Positions 46,991-57,372 of a DNA stretch of 64,000 nt are shown in pieces. Below the pieces are notes generated by a model. The model was not told the DNA's origin and did not search any database. It saw nothing but the letters and a program-made list of their open reading frames with translations. Position 1 is the stretch's first letter; every line of letters begins with the position of its first letter. The stretch is taken from positions 160,001 through 224,000 of the forward strand of contig CM000433.1 of the NCBI GenBank assembly GCA_000165345.1, read 5' to 3'. Made by a program: the position numbers and the translations under genes.

Positions 46991-47480
46991 CCATGCAAAA
47001 TAAATCTGAATAGACAGTGCGAAAAGAAATAAAGACATGTTAAAAGCTCGATGCAATCATTAATGCTCTCGAATTGATCGATAGATTATTTGATCTTGAC
47101 ATTATCAAGAAGCTTAACTGTTTTTTGTTGCAGAATTTTGTGAATCAACGGTTATAGTTATCAAGGTCAAATTATTTTACGATCGGCAAAATAACTGAAC
47201 GTCAAATAAAGAAAGCCAGATAAAATTGGGAAAAATTACTTCAAACTGAAGGTAGGGATTGAAATAAAAAGAATAGGTCTGGTACTTAAATTATGTAAAA
47301 AAAATAATAACAATAACTATTAAACTGTAAGTTAATTGTTAGATTAATATTTAAGACTAATCATTATTTGGAAATAAACCAAGACAATAGTCTATTCAAT
47401 ATTTTTTCTTATTGTTGATTTATAGACAAGTGATTTGAATAAATAGTTTTTTGTGAATATCACTTTTTATTCAAAAGAAA

Positions 47481-49028
47481 ATGGGTTGTACTCCTTCTAA
47501 AGGGAAAGTTGAATTTACTTCGCGGAAGCGTGAGGAAAACGAAAAGGAAGTAGAAATTAAATCAGTAGAAATTAAAAATGACCTACAAGCAACTCCTGGA
47601 ATGTTCATTACATCAAAAAAAGGCCATCTGTCAGAAATGTATCAAAGAGTTAAAAAACTAGGTTCTGGAGCTTATGGAGAAGTGTTGTTGTGCAGAGACA
47701 AGGTAACTCATGTAGAGAGAGCCATAAAAATTATCCGAAAAACTTCAGTTAGTACCTCTTCAAATTCTAAGTTATTGGAAGAGGTTGCAGTATTAAAATT
47801 GTTAGATCATCCAAATATCATGAAGCTATACGATTTTTTTGAAGATAAAAGAAATTATTATCTTGTTATGGAATGTTACAAGGGTGGAGAGTTATTTGAT
47901 GAAATTATTCATAGGATGAAATTTAATGAAGTTGATGCAGCAGTCATTATCAAGCAAGTATTGAGTGGCGTTACATATTTACATAAACACAACATAGTTC
48001 ATAGAGATTTAAAGCCTGAAAATCTTTTATTGGAATCAAAGGAAAAAGACGCATTGATTAAAATTGTTGACTTTGGTCTTTCAGCCGTTTTTGAAAACCA
48101 GAAAAAAATGAAAGAACGTCTTGGCACTGCATACTATATTGCTCCTGAAGTCCTCAGGAAAAAATATGATGAAAAATGTGATGTTTGGTCAATTGGTGTA
48201 ATATTATTCATTCTATTAGCAGGTTATCCTCCATTTGGGGGGCAGACAGATCAAGAGATACTCAGGAAAGTCGAAAAGGGTAAATACACATTTGATTCAC
48301 CCGAATGGAAGAATGTCTCTGAAGGTGCAAAGGATTTAATTAAACAGATGCTTCAATTTGACTCTCAAAGAAGAATTTCCGCTCAGCAAGCCCTGGAACA
48401 TCCATGGATCAAGGAGATGTGTAGTAAGAAAGAATCAGGTATTGAGCTACCAAGCCTTGCTAATGCTATTGAGAATATGCGTAAATTCCAGAACTCCCAA
48501 AAGCTTGCGCAGGCAGCTCTACTTTATATGGCTTCAAAACTAACTTCTCAAGAGGAAACAAAAGAGCTAACAGATATTTTCAGACATATAGACAAAAATG
48601 GCGATGGGCAGCTTGATCGTCAAGAACTAATTGATGGGTATTCAAAGTTATCTGGAGAAGAGGTTGCAGTATTTGATTTACCTCAGATTGAAAGTGAAGT
48701 AGATGCAATTCTAGGCGCTGCAGACTTTGATAGAAATGGTTACATCGACTATTCAGAGTTTGTTACTGTTGCAATGGATCGAAAATCTTTATTAAGCAAA
48801 GATAAGTTGGAATCAGCTTTCCAAAAATTCGATCAAGACGGGAATGGTAAGATAAGTGTAGATGAACTTGCTTCAGTTTTTGGATTAGATCATTTGGAAA
48901 GTAAAACATGGAAAGAAATGATATCTGGAATAGATTCAAACAATGATGGCGATGTTGATTTTGAGGAATTCTGTAAAATGATACAGAAGCTCTGTTCTAA
49001 TAATGAACCCCAGCTCAAAAAAAATTAA
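47481..49028 (+). CDS. CDPK: Calcium-dependent protein kinase (CDPK1-like): Ser/Thr kinase, junction domain and 4 EF hands
   Basis: MGCTPSKG is a myristoylation (Gly2) and palmitoylation (Cys3) motif. Kinase motifs HRDLKPENLLL, DFGLS and GTAYYIAPEVL are present. The junction/CaM-like domain NMRKFQNSQKLAQAALLYMASKLTSQEETKELTDIFRHIDKNGDGQLDRQELIDGY is near-collinear with apicomplexan CDPK1. There are four EF-hand loops (DKNGDGQLD, DFDRNGYID, DQDGNGKIS, DSNNDGDVD). The gatekeeper is Met (LVMECY). Confidence 0.9.
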   Translation: MGCTPSKGKVEFTSRKREENEKEVEIKSVEIKNDLQATPGMFITSKKGHLSEMYQRVKKLGSGAYGEVLLCRDKVTHVERAIKIIRKTSVSTSSNSKLLEEVAVLKLLDHPNIMKLYDFFEDKRNYYLVMECYKGGELFDEIIHRMKFNEVDAAVIIKQVLSGVTYLHKHNIVHRDLKPENLLLESKEKDALIKIVDFGLSAVFENQKKMKERLGTAYYIAPEVLRKKYDEKCDVWSIGVILFILLAGYPPFGGQTDQEILRKVEKGKYTFDSPEWKNVSEGAKDLIKQMLQFDSQRRISAQQALEHPWIKEMCSKKESGIELPSLANAIENMRKFQNSQKLAQAALLYMASKLTSQEETKELTDIFRHIDKNGDGQLDRQELIDGYSKLSGEEVAVFDLPQIESEVDAILGAADFDRNGYIDYSEFVTVAMDRKSLLSKDKLESAFQKFDQDGNGKISVDELASVFGLDHLESKTWKEMISGIDSNNDGDVDFEEFCKMIQKLCSNNEPQLKKN

Positions 49029-49659
49029 TATTCTCTGTTTCTAATATTAATGGCTTTTTTAACGGATCTTTTTTTTTTATTTATTGTATTTTTTTTCTTG
49101 AAAGATATTTTCAATAATTTCAGTCTAATTTTCTCATCCTTTATTATTTTAATTTAAATTGGGTTTTTGTTACTAATAAAATAATTATATAGTATTCTCT
49201 CCTAAATCTAAGTGACAGATTTACTAAAAATATTTCTAAAACTTGCATAATAAAACTATTAGCCAGAAATTATTCTCTTTAAGTTTACTCTTTTTTTATA
49301 ATAAGCTCCTGAAAACTTAGTCTTAAATATTAATTAATTCAATGATTATAACAATTCTCAACTTTAATCGCCAATTATGATCAAGACAGTAAGGCGATGC
49401 ATTCCAAATCATTACAAATACTTACATAACTAAAGTATATATTTGCATACAAACAAAAAATAAATAAAAATTAATTATTAATCAAATAATGCCTGAAAGT
49501 GAGAAGAAGTAGAAAATAGAGATAAAATATAAACTTTGTTTTGCCAAATGTTGAATTTGACACTTTAACTTAAAAATTCACACATTGAGAAATCATTTTA
49601 TTAAAGTTATCATCTTAGTTTAATGTTACATTATATTATATTTTATTATATATATATGA

Positions 49660-52365
49660 CTATGCGGAAATAAAGTTACTCTTGAAGCCCTGATGTTCTT
49701 TCATGTCTTCAGCCTTTTCTTTTCTATCCAGTATAATGATTATTATTCCAATAATGAGCAGCGCAAGCGTACACACAATCAGAACACCTCTTATGGTCTT
49801 TTGTGGGCTAACAGAAAGAACAAGTGTCCAGTGGTGTGGAGCATCTATTGGGTTAAGTTGCGCAATTATTTGAGTGTTTGGAATGAGACCTGTCCAAATA
49901 TTGGCGTAAGTAAACTGAGCACTTCCACTATTCCATCTTGAAACTCCATCACTGAATAATTGTCTATATTCTAAAATTGAATCACTTCCTGAAAGCAATT
50001 TTTTGTTAATGTAGTTAGTTCCTACATATAGCTCTTCTATATAATTGTTCGTCTTTCCCAAACCAAATAGTACAAAAGGAGTTTGAAGAACTCTCCCCGT
50101 AGAATGAGACATTTGCGTTGCAGTCATTAAAATATCGTCTCCTACCAATCCAGTCATTCTGATTTTGACTGTAGCACCAAAAAATGTAGTTCCTACTTTT
50201 TTTGAATTTCCAGAGAGTTGTTTTGATATGATTGGGAAGTTTAATACAGAAACTTTAACAAAAAGATTGGGGTTATCTGATGACGCAATATTCAATGAAA
50301 CTTTGGCTTTACCACTTTTTTCTGGATAAGAAACTGAAATAATATCTAAATTACCATCCTCGAAGAAGTCATAAAATGCTGCATATTCAACTGAAAAATT
50401 GGTAGATGTTGATATCGAGCTTGAGACAACAAATCTTCTGTAGAGAGGATCTCCGTTTTGGATTATGTCATTATTTGTTAAAAACCCGGACAACCATTGA
50501 AATGCATACTTAAACATTTTTGATATTTTTTCATATAGTTTGCCCTTTTCTTTTAAGTTTAAAGTATTAGAATTACTTGAATTTACGTCATATCCATCCA
50601 AATTAAATTGAGCTAATGGTTCGTTTGTTTTGTTAACCATCGTTCTTTCAATAGGTAAGTTTTCAATAAGTTTTGTTTGCCTTGTTCCATTCCCAAACTT
50701 TAATATTGCGAGTATATCTGGATATCCGTCCAAATTAAAGTCTCCTATATTGATTTCTACCTGATTGTTTTCATTTATTGCCCATTGCATGGATGATTCT
50801 TTAATGGATTTATTATTCGGAAAAAATGAAAAAAAAGATGCAACTTGGTTGGCAATATTGTTTTTCTGAGAATGCTCTAACCCTTCGTCAATAGAATTAT
50901 TAAATGTTTTATTTTGAGTATTGATTTCATCAATAATACTATCTGAAATGGCTGAAACAGTAAAATCATTGAAAAACGACCCCATTGAATGGCTGTCAAT
51001 CTTCTTTCCTCCAAATAGTGATGAAAAGAATCCAACTGCATTTTTATTACTATCGTATGATTCAAGTTCCTGAAATATAAGTTTAATATCTTCATCAGTA
51101 AAGCTATGAATTTTAAATGGAGATGCAGAACAATACATATTCGGACTCCTGCACTTAATAGTAAATTCACTATCGTTTTCCTTAATATTGTTTTTATATA
51201 TGGAAAAACCAAATTGATTTGTACTAGTACAGTCTTTATATTCGTGGATATTTGGAATAAAAACTAGACGGCTTTTTGACTCGCACCCAAAATTACCTAG
51301 GTGGCAAACAGGCACAATAAGATCTGTAGTTCCATCTCTATTAAAATCCGAGTACGAAATACCTAATGTACCAATAGGCAGTAGTATCAAACCTAATTTA
51401 TTATTTTTTTGATTCTGATGAAAATATCTTCTGAAAACTGAAATATCTCCAATTATTTCATTTGTCCAAATCTCTAAACCTTTCCTGACTGGAGAGCCAA
51501 AATCGTTATATTCTGTGTTTGGATCTTCATAATAAACTTCAAGAACTAAATCTGATCTACAATCTCCATCCATATCTACAAACGCTGATGAATGTCCTTT
51601 AACCAAGCGGCCATAGTTATAATTTGATGATTCAAGATCCACCCATTGACTAATCTCATTTCCCCACTCATATTTTTTTAAAAATATTTTATCAGGTAAA
51701 TTATGATTTTCAGAGTTTTTTTTATCAAAGGTAGATTCGATATTATTTTCATTCACCCAAATAAATCTTTTCCCATCGTCAGATTCTCCAAGTAAATCCA
51801 GCATTCCATCTCCATTGATATCAATTGCTAGAGGGTCAACCACAGAAAACTCGTTGTCCTGTGAAACCCATACGTTTTCCAGCTCCATGCTTCTAGGATT
51901 GTAAGAAAATAGCATCAACCCAATTTTATCGCGTTTATTACTTTTGATATTTTGCTCTTTGTAAAATGTTACCATAATATCAACCTTACCATTTCCTGTC
52001 CAGTCTGTGGCTATTAACGATGCCAATTTACCATCAAAATTCGCCATGGGGCCATTATAAAACTCTCCTTCAGTATTATTCCAAAGCAAGACTTTAATTT
52101 TTTTCTCTTGCTCATTGAATACTACTATATCTGTGAATTTGTCGCCATTAAAGTCCACAAAACTTTTAATTTTGCCAAGAACTTCAGGGAAATTAAACTT
52201 ATCCAGGCGACTTATGCCTGAAGAGTTCGATTTAAATGGCATTTGTGAATGTAACCATTCTAGATTCCACGTTGAATATACATTTGATAAGCACAGTATT
52301 ATCAGAAAAATATTTCCCAACAAAACTTTCCAAAAAGTGCTGAACTTCCTCCTTGGAAGTATCAT
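49660..52365 (-). CDS. ITFG1: Type I membrane protein with FG-GAP/integrin-alpha beta-propeller repeats (ITFG1 / T-cell immunomodulatory protein / LINKIN-like)
   Basis: Signal peptide GNIFLIILCLSNVYS. Repeated Ca-binding-like FG-GAP loops: DFNGDKFTDIVVF, DWTGNGKVDIMV, DINGDGMLDLL, DMDGDCRSDLVL, DFNRDGTTDLIV, DFNLDGYPDILAIL. C-terminal TM VLIVCTLALLIIGIIIIIL with a short cytoplasmic tail. Confidence 0.65.
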   Translation of the reverse strand: MILPRRKFSTFWKVLLGNIFLIILCLSNVYSTWNLEWLHSQMPFKSNSSGISRLDKFNFPEVLGKIKSFVDFNGDKFTDIVVFNEQEKKIKVLLWNNTEGEFYNGPMANFDGKLASLIATDWTGNGKVDIMVTFYKEQNIKSNKRDKIGLMLFSYNPRSMELENVWVSQDNEFSVVDPLAIDINGDGMLDLLGESDDGKRFIWVNENNIESTFDKKNSENHNLPDKIFLKKYEWGNEISQWVDLESSNYNYGRLVKGHSSAFVDMDGDCRSDLVLEVYYEDPNTEYNDFGSPVRKGLEIWTNEIIGDISVFRRYFHQNQKNNKLGLILLPIGTLGISYSDFNRDGTTDLIVPVCHLGNFGCESKSRLVFIPNIHEYKDCTSTNQFGFSIYKNNIKENDSEFTIKCRSPNMYCSASPFKIHSFTDEDIKLIFQELESYDSNKNAVGFFSSLFGGKKIDSHSMGSFFNDFTVSAISDSIIDEINTQNKTFNNSIDEGLEHSQKNNIANQVASFFSFFPNNKSIKESSMQWAINENNQVEINIGDFNLDGYPDILAILKFGNGTRQTKLIENLPIERTMVNKTNEPLAQFNLDGYDVNSSNSNTLNLKEKGKLYEKISKMFKYAFQWLSGFLTNNDIIQNGDPLYRRFVVSSSISTSTNFSVEYAAFYDFFEDGNLDIISVSYPEKSGKAKVSLNIASSDNPNLFVKVSVLNFPIISKQLSGNSKKVGTTFFGATVKIRMTGLVGDDILMTATQMSHSTGRVLQTPFVLFGLGKTNNYIEELYVGTNYINKKLLSGSDSILEYRQLFSDGVSRWNSGSAQFTYANIWTGLIPNTQIIAQLNPIDAPHHWTLVLSVSPQKTIRGVLIVCTLALLIIGIIIIILDRKEKAEDMKEHQGFKSNFISA

Positions 52366-53191
52366 TAATTACCATACCCTTTTGTTAAATCCCACTTGCA
52401 AATGATTTTTGAGTACTTTCACTTAACTTTGCGTAATCATAAAAACATTCACATAAATTAGTAAAACCCGCCATTATTCAATTCCTTAGGTTTAACTAAA
52501 ATACATGTAAATTACTTCTATTTGCAAAAATAAGAAATTAATCGATGGATTCCCTCAATATTCTGAATTTAGCATCACTATAAATTTTAATTAATCGTTT
52601 TATTCTTAAATCACTACTATTGTTGGAAAGAGGGGGTTTTGAATTATTTTATCTACCACAATAAATATAAAACATACTGAACAAGTTCGGATATTGAAGA
52701 TTATATAAAATGTGGCTCTTTATGCTACTTCAATCTATATGATTGTTCATATTTTAAATATAACGCAACTTTAGCAACTTTGTGTTAAAAAAAAAATTCG
52801 TTTTTTAATAATAGTCGGTTAACACATAGTTCCTATTGAAATTCATTTCAATTAATATTAACTTAATATCAACCTTCTAACAACTAAATAAAAAGTTAAT
52901 TTAATTTTAATTAGAAATATTTTTTGGGGGTGTTTTAATACATTTTCAAAGGTGGGGATAAGAAAAAAGGTGAGGGAAAAGTTGAGGCTTACCACAAGCG
53001 AGAAAATATTGCGGTAGGTTAAAAAATTATTACCTTTCCAAAATATAGCTGGGCAAGAAAGATATCTTTTTATTTGAATGAAATAGAGAAATGTCAGAAA
53101 ATTTACCCGTGTATACAGAGTTATTTGACGCTCCATGGGTATTTGGGAATTATGAGGTTACAATTGATCAGAATATAGGCAAGTATTACAC

Positions 53192-54221
53192 ATGAATTAT
53201 TCATTAACAAATATTTATCGAAAAACAATAGGCAGTAGAAAGACTCAGGAAGATCGTTTCTGTATTTGCAACAAACTGATAAATGGGCATGATGATGTCT
53301 GTTTTTTTGGTGTTTTCGATGGCACAGTAGGTAAGTTTAGTATAACTATTTATATTCGCAAATTGTCAATATTAATTCTGTAGGAGAATTTGCATCAAAT
53401 AATATTAAAGATATAATCATTCCTGCCATGCTGAGCACTCCAATATGGTAAGTTAATCTGCCTATGGGTCTCTGTTATTTAAACGGTTTTCAATCACCAT
53501 AAAATATAGGAAGTTAATTGTCGAACATATAGAAAAAGGGGATTTAAAATTAACTGAAGAGTTTAAGAATATTTTGAGAGATTTGATGGTAACCACATTT
53601 AAAAAAGCTGATAGTATACTTATTGAGAAGTGCAAAGCCGAAGAAAAACATTATTCTTCTTGCACGGGAGTTGTATTATTGTTTATTAAAGATATACTAG
53701 TAAATGCACATATTGGTGACTCACGCTCTGTTGCGTGCACTTATTCGAACTCTATCAACTTGGCACAGTTTCTAACAATTGATCACAAACCTGACCAACC
53801 GCTGGAATATCGAAGAATTGTAGAAAATGGTGGTTCAGTTGAATACCTACAAAACCACAATAACAAGCCATTTCTTAGGGGCGGAGACTTTACCCGGAGA
53901 AGAGCAAGAGGTGAAACTCCAATGCAACTACAATATTCTAGAGCGTTTGGAGGTAAAGACCTTAAGCCATATGGGCTCAGTTGTGTTCCTGATATTTCTA
54001 TTATTAGTTTGAATCAAAATAATAGACTATTTATTATTGCAACCGATGGAATTTGGGATTTGCTTTCAGCCCAACAAAGTTGTGACTTGTCTTTTTACTC
54101 GCAAGAACTTGGAATACAGCCTGCGAGATACCTTGTAAACGCAGTGCTTGAAGAAACACGCAATAGAAATACAAATTGCGACAACCTCACAGCAATATGT
54201 ATTATGCACATAAAAAATTGA
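53192..54221 (+). CDS. Protein phosphatase 2C (PPM family), three exons
   Basis: Exon 1 is 53192..53330 (MNYSLTNIYRKTIGSRKTQEDRFCIC..GVFDGTVG), with a GTAAGT donor at 53331. Exon 2 is 53384..53447 (GEFASNNIKDIIIPAMLSTPIW, donor GTAAGT). Exon 3 is 53510..54221 (..LVNAHIGDSRSVAC..IIATDGIWDLLS..). The phases (1, 2) are consistent. PP2C motifs: GVFDGhgG, GDSR, ATDGiWD. An alternative upstream first exon 53091..53178 (MSENLPVYTELFDAPWVFGNYEVTIDQNI) could splice via a GC-AG intron to an acceptor at 53231 in the same frame. Confidence 0.75.
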
Positions 54222-54516
54222 ATTCCCTTCGCTAATACTTGGAGCTTTTCTATTAACACTCACAACTAAAACATAAGTGAATCGCAGTTCATCTGAATCA
54301 ATATTAGAAGATTTTTTAAATAAGTAGTTACGCGATATTACTATTGCAGATGCAGTTACATACAAAAAATCTAGCTTTATAAATAGGTATAAATAAGCAA
54401 ATATAACTAGCAATAGGAATTACTTAGAGTACATTGGTAATTTCTATCAATTATTTTTTTTTTAATTTTATTTCTATCGTTGAGGGAGAAACATTTTTCG
54501 TTCCGATTGTTAGTGC

Positions 54517-54530
54517 TTGGCGCTAAGGCG
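54517..54530. promoter_or_regulatory. TTGGCGC..GGCG GC box, ~70 bp upstream of V-ATPase subunit F
   Basis: gcTTGGCGCtaaGGCGtattg, part of the same motif family. Confidence 0.3.
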
Positions 54531-54589
54531 TATTGCATCTCTTTTCGTATTACAATATTTATTAAAAGAAATAAATTGTTTGAAGCGAA

Positions 54590-54967
54590 ATGTCAGGTCA
54601 GAGAGCAAGTACACTGCATAACCTGAAGATATATATCATTGGCGATGAGGATACCGTTGCTGGATTTCTGCTAACAGGTATTGGAGCCAGGGATCCTCAA
54701 GGGAAAACGAATTTTTTAATAGTTGACTCAAAAACTCCTCAATCTCAAATTGAGGAAACTTTCAAAGACTTTATAAGCCAACAGGACTGCGGAATACTGA
54801 TGATTAATCAAACTATTGCTGAAGAAATTCGATACCTTGTTAATACTCATGACAAAATCATCCCTACAATATTGGAAGTTCCGAGTAAAGACAAACCATA
54901 CGACGCAGCTAAAGATTCTGTAATGCAAAGAATTAAGCTATTTTACGGCGGTTCTCTTCCAGAGTAA
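54590..54967 (+). CDS. VMA7: V-type proton ATPase subunit F
   Basis: Collinear with V-ATPase F throughout: [85 protein letters not shown] (cf. [24 protein letters not shown]). Confidence 0.9.
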   Translation: [125 protein letters not shown]

Positions 54968-55098
54968 AATATATTAAAGCACTAGCACTTTACCTTTTTA
55001 AGTGATTAATTAGGATAAAATTCTAATTTTAGATACATTAACCTTAGAGAATAAATAGTACCTATTAAACATTTCAATAATTAAATTTTTAATTTCTT

Positions 55099-55695
55099 TT
55101 AATTATTTTCTGTGTTATAGCAATAATTACCCTGATATACTCTTTTACAGACATTTAATGTGTTCTCTTTCATATTTTTATTTTGAACAAGAATTGGTAT
55201 AGCAGAAGAATTTGCGATTAAAAAGTTCAAGATTGCGCCGTATCTAGTTTTGCATTTGTTAACTCTATTTTGAATCCTTTTAGATTCTGAATGGAGTATC
55301 TCCCCTAGCCAATGGTTATCGTCTTGAATATCTTTTATTAAGTCGCTAATTAATATATGTTTCTTAGAGTTACCGTTTGAGTTGTTATCTGAGAATATCC
55401 ATGAATTAGGATCATCTCTTCTGTTGAAGCTCAAAACAAACTGTTTGTTATCTAAATAAATCTTTGGTTTGTCATCTTCAAAATTCATTAAAAAATTCTT
55501 TACTTGATGTGAAGGAACGCTTGAAAAGCAATTTATCATTATTTTACTTTTTTCTTTAATTGAATTAAAAAGCAAGTTTGCATTTGCTTTCTCTGTATTA
55601 TTATTGTAGGGAAAAAGTGTTCCACTAAGTAAAGGCCCCATCATATTAATCAATTCAGGTAAAAATAAATTGTTCTCTGAAATTCCAGAGTCCAT
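55099..55695 (-). CDS. Hypothetical protein (198 aa), no recognisable domain
   Basis: Uninterrupted ORF with coding-like composition, lying tandem on the minus strand just downstream of the syntaxin gene. No motif recognised. Confidence 0.35.
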   Translation of the reverse strand: MDSGISENNLFLPELINMMGPLLSGTLFPYNNNTEKANANLLFNSIKEKSKIMINCFSSVPSHQVKNFLMNFEDDKPKIYLDNKQFVLSFNRRDDPNSWIFSDNNSNGNSKKHILISDLIKDIQDDNHWLGEILHSESKRIQNRVNKCKTRYGAILNFLIANSSAIPILVQNKNMKENTLNVCKRVYQGNYCYNTENN

Positions 55696-55775
55696 TGTGA
55701 ATGTTTAGAATAATGTAATATGCTTCTAATTCTTTGTTATTCCTGATCTTGCGTATACGTGTATGCAAATTATTT

Positions 55776-55811
<36 letters not shown>

Positions 55812-56086
55812 ATATATATAAATATTTATATATTTGAATTATTGAACTTTATTAAAAGATGAAATTAGCTAAATACTCCAAGATGATTTGAAATATTAAG
55901 TTTATTTTTAAAAATAATTAAATATAATATTGAAATTTGAATTATTTATTTATTAAAAATATTACATGACAAACGTATTTATCACATAATCTGCATATTG
56001 CAAGTGGCCGCCACGCAATCTTCAAAATGAGAAGACCAAATATTCGGAAGTGAAAAAAATATAAATTAACTAATCAAAAATATTTA

Positions 56087-57166
56087 CTAAAATAATAGTT
56101 TAAAAAAAATAATCAGTATTTCCACTAATATACAAGCTATCAAAAAGTTTATTAACTTCGAAAAAATCTTGTTCTTAATACTTTTTTCTGCTTTTGAAAT
56201 TTGTTGGTATGCGTTTTCCACCCTTAACAACACATTATCAATATTGAAATCTATTCTGTCTATTAAAGAGCCCTGCTCAACAACCATCGATGACATTTCC
56301 TTGAAAATGGAATTGAGTTCTGCAATACTTCTTGTTATTTTAGTAATTTCCTTTAAAAATATGAGTTAATCGTCATTATTATATTCACAACTTACCTCGA
56401 TGTTAAAACCGTTTGCATCTTTAAAAATGAACTCCTTGCTCTGATTATTTGTTTGAGAACAAGAATAACTAGTTTTATTGAATTCTTGTTCTCCTATGAC
56501 AGAATCTTCAAAATTTGTTTGAACTCCATCTAGACGGTTAATATAATTTTTTTGTAGTTCTGACATATAATTTTTTTGTATAAATTTGAACTGCTGAGAT
56601 AAAGGATTTAGTTCATTTGCAATACTTATTTCAGCATTTTTCCTCAAAATCATATAGTTAATTAAACTTTTATGGCAAGGTAAATTTTCTTTGCTTTCAG
56701 CAGGTGAGTTTGAAATAGATTGGGCTAGACTTTCAATTCGTTTAAATAATTTACAAATAGAATATGTCAATGAATCCACCTCAATTTCAGATAATTTCAT
56801 TGTATTATCCTTTAGCACGCACATGAGCCTCTTTTGTTGAGTTTTTTGTAAAAGTGATATTAATTCTTTTGCTCTGGTTAGCTCCTCCTGTGCCTCAATA
56901 TGTAAGTCAACCCAAAAAGGTGGTAAAGTATTGCTTTTCATCTCAATAATAGCGTTATCGCTATTATCAGCATTTTTATTAAATTCGCTTAAATCTGAAA
57001 ATTATCCGTTTTTTTTTTATATTTCACATTATTATTAACAATTACCTTTATTGATTGAAGATGATCTGTTATTATTGAATAAACCAAAAAGATCAACCCG
57101 TCTTTTATACTCAGTTCTAAACCTCAAATAAAGATGTGTTAGATCAACTACTGAATTAATTGGCAT
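56087..57166 (-). CDS. STX16: Qa-SNARE, syntaxin-16/Tlg2-like, three exons
   Basis: Exon 1 is 57166..57046 (MPINSVVDLTHLYLRFRTEYKRR..), with a GTAAT donor. The 51-nt intron is 56995..57045. Exon 2 is 56994..56396 (..SNTLPPFWVD.., cf. STX16 LPPRWVD), with a GAG|GTAAGT donor. The 45-nt intron is 56351..56395. Exon 3 is 56350..56087 and carries the SNARE motif ITRSIAELNSIFKEMSSMVVEQGSLIDRIDFNIDN (zero-layer Gln) and the C-terminal TM LINFLIACILVEILIIFF. The phases (1, 0) are consistent. Confidence 0.75.
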
Positions 57167-57209
57167 GTTCAGTAATAATTAATAGAAAAATGTAGTAAAT
57201 CATGGGCGA

Positions 57210-57217
57210 TGGCGCCA
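57210..57217. promoter_or_regulatory. Perfect TGGCGCCA, ~45 bp upstream of the syntaxin start codon
   Basis: gggcgaTGGCGCCAgccatatg, immediately 5' of the ATG at 57166 (minus strand). Confidence 0.45.
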
Positions 57218-57372
57218 GCCATATGCAAAGTTAAAAAAAAAAATTATTTGCTACGCTACAATGAGATCTAAATCAGTTAGTTCAACCTTATTTGATTCTT
57301 CATCAATTTTATAGTGTATTTCAAATGAATCTATTCTAATCTGATATATCCCGCCATACTAAAAGTTTATTA

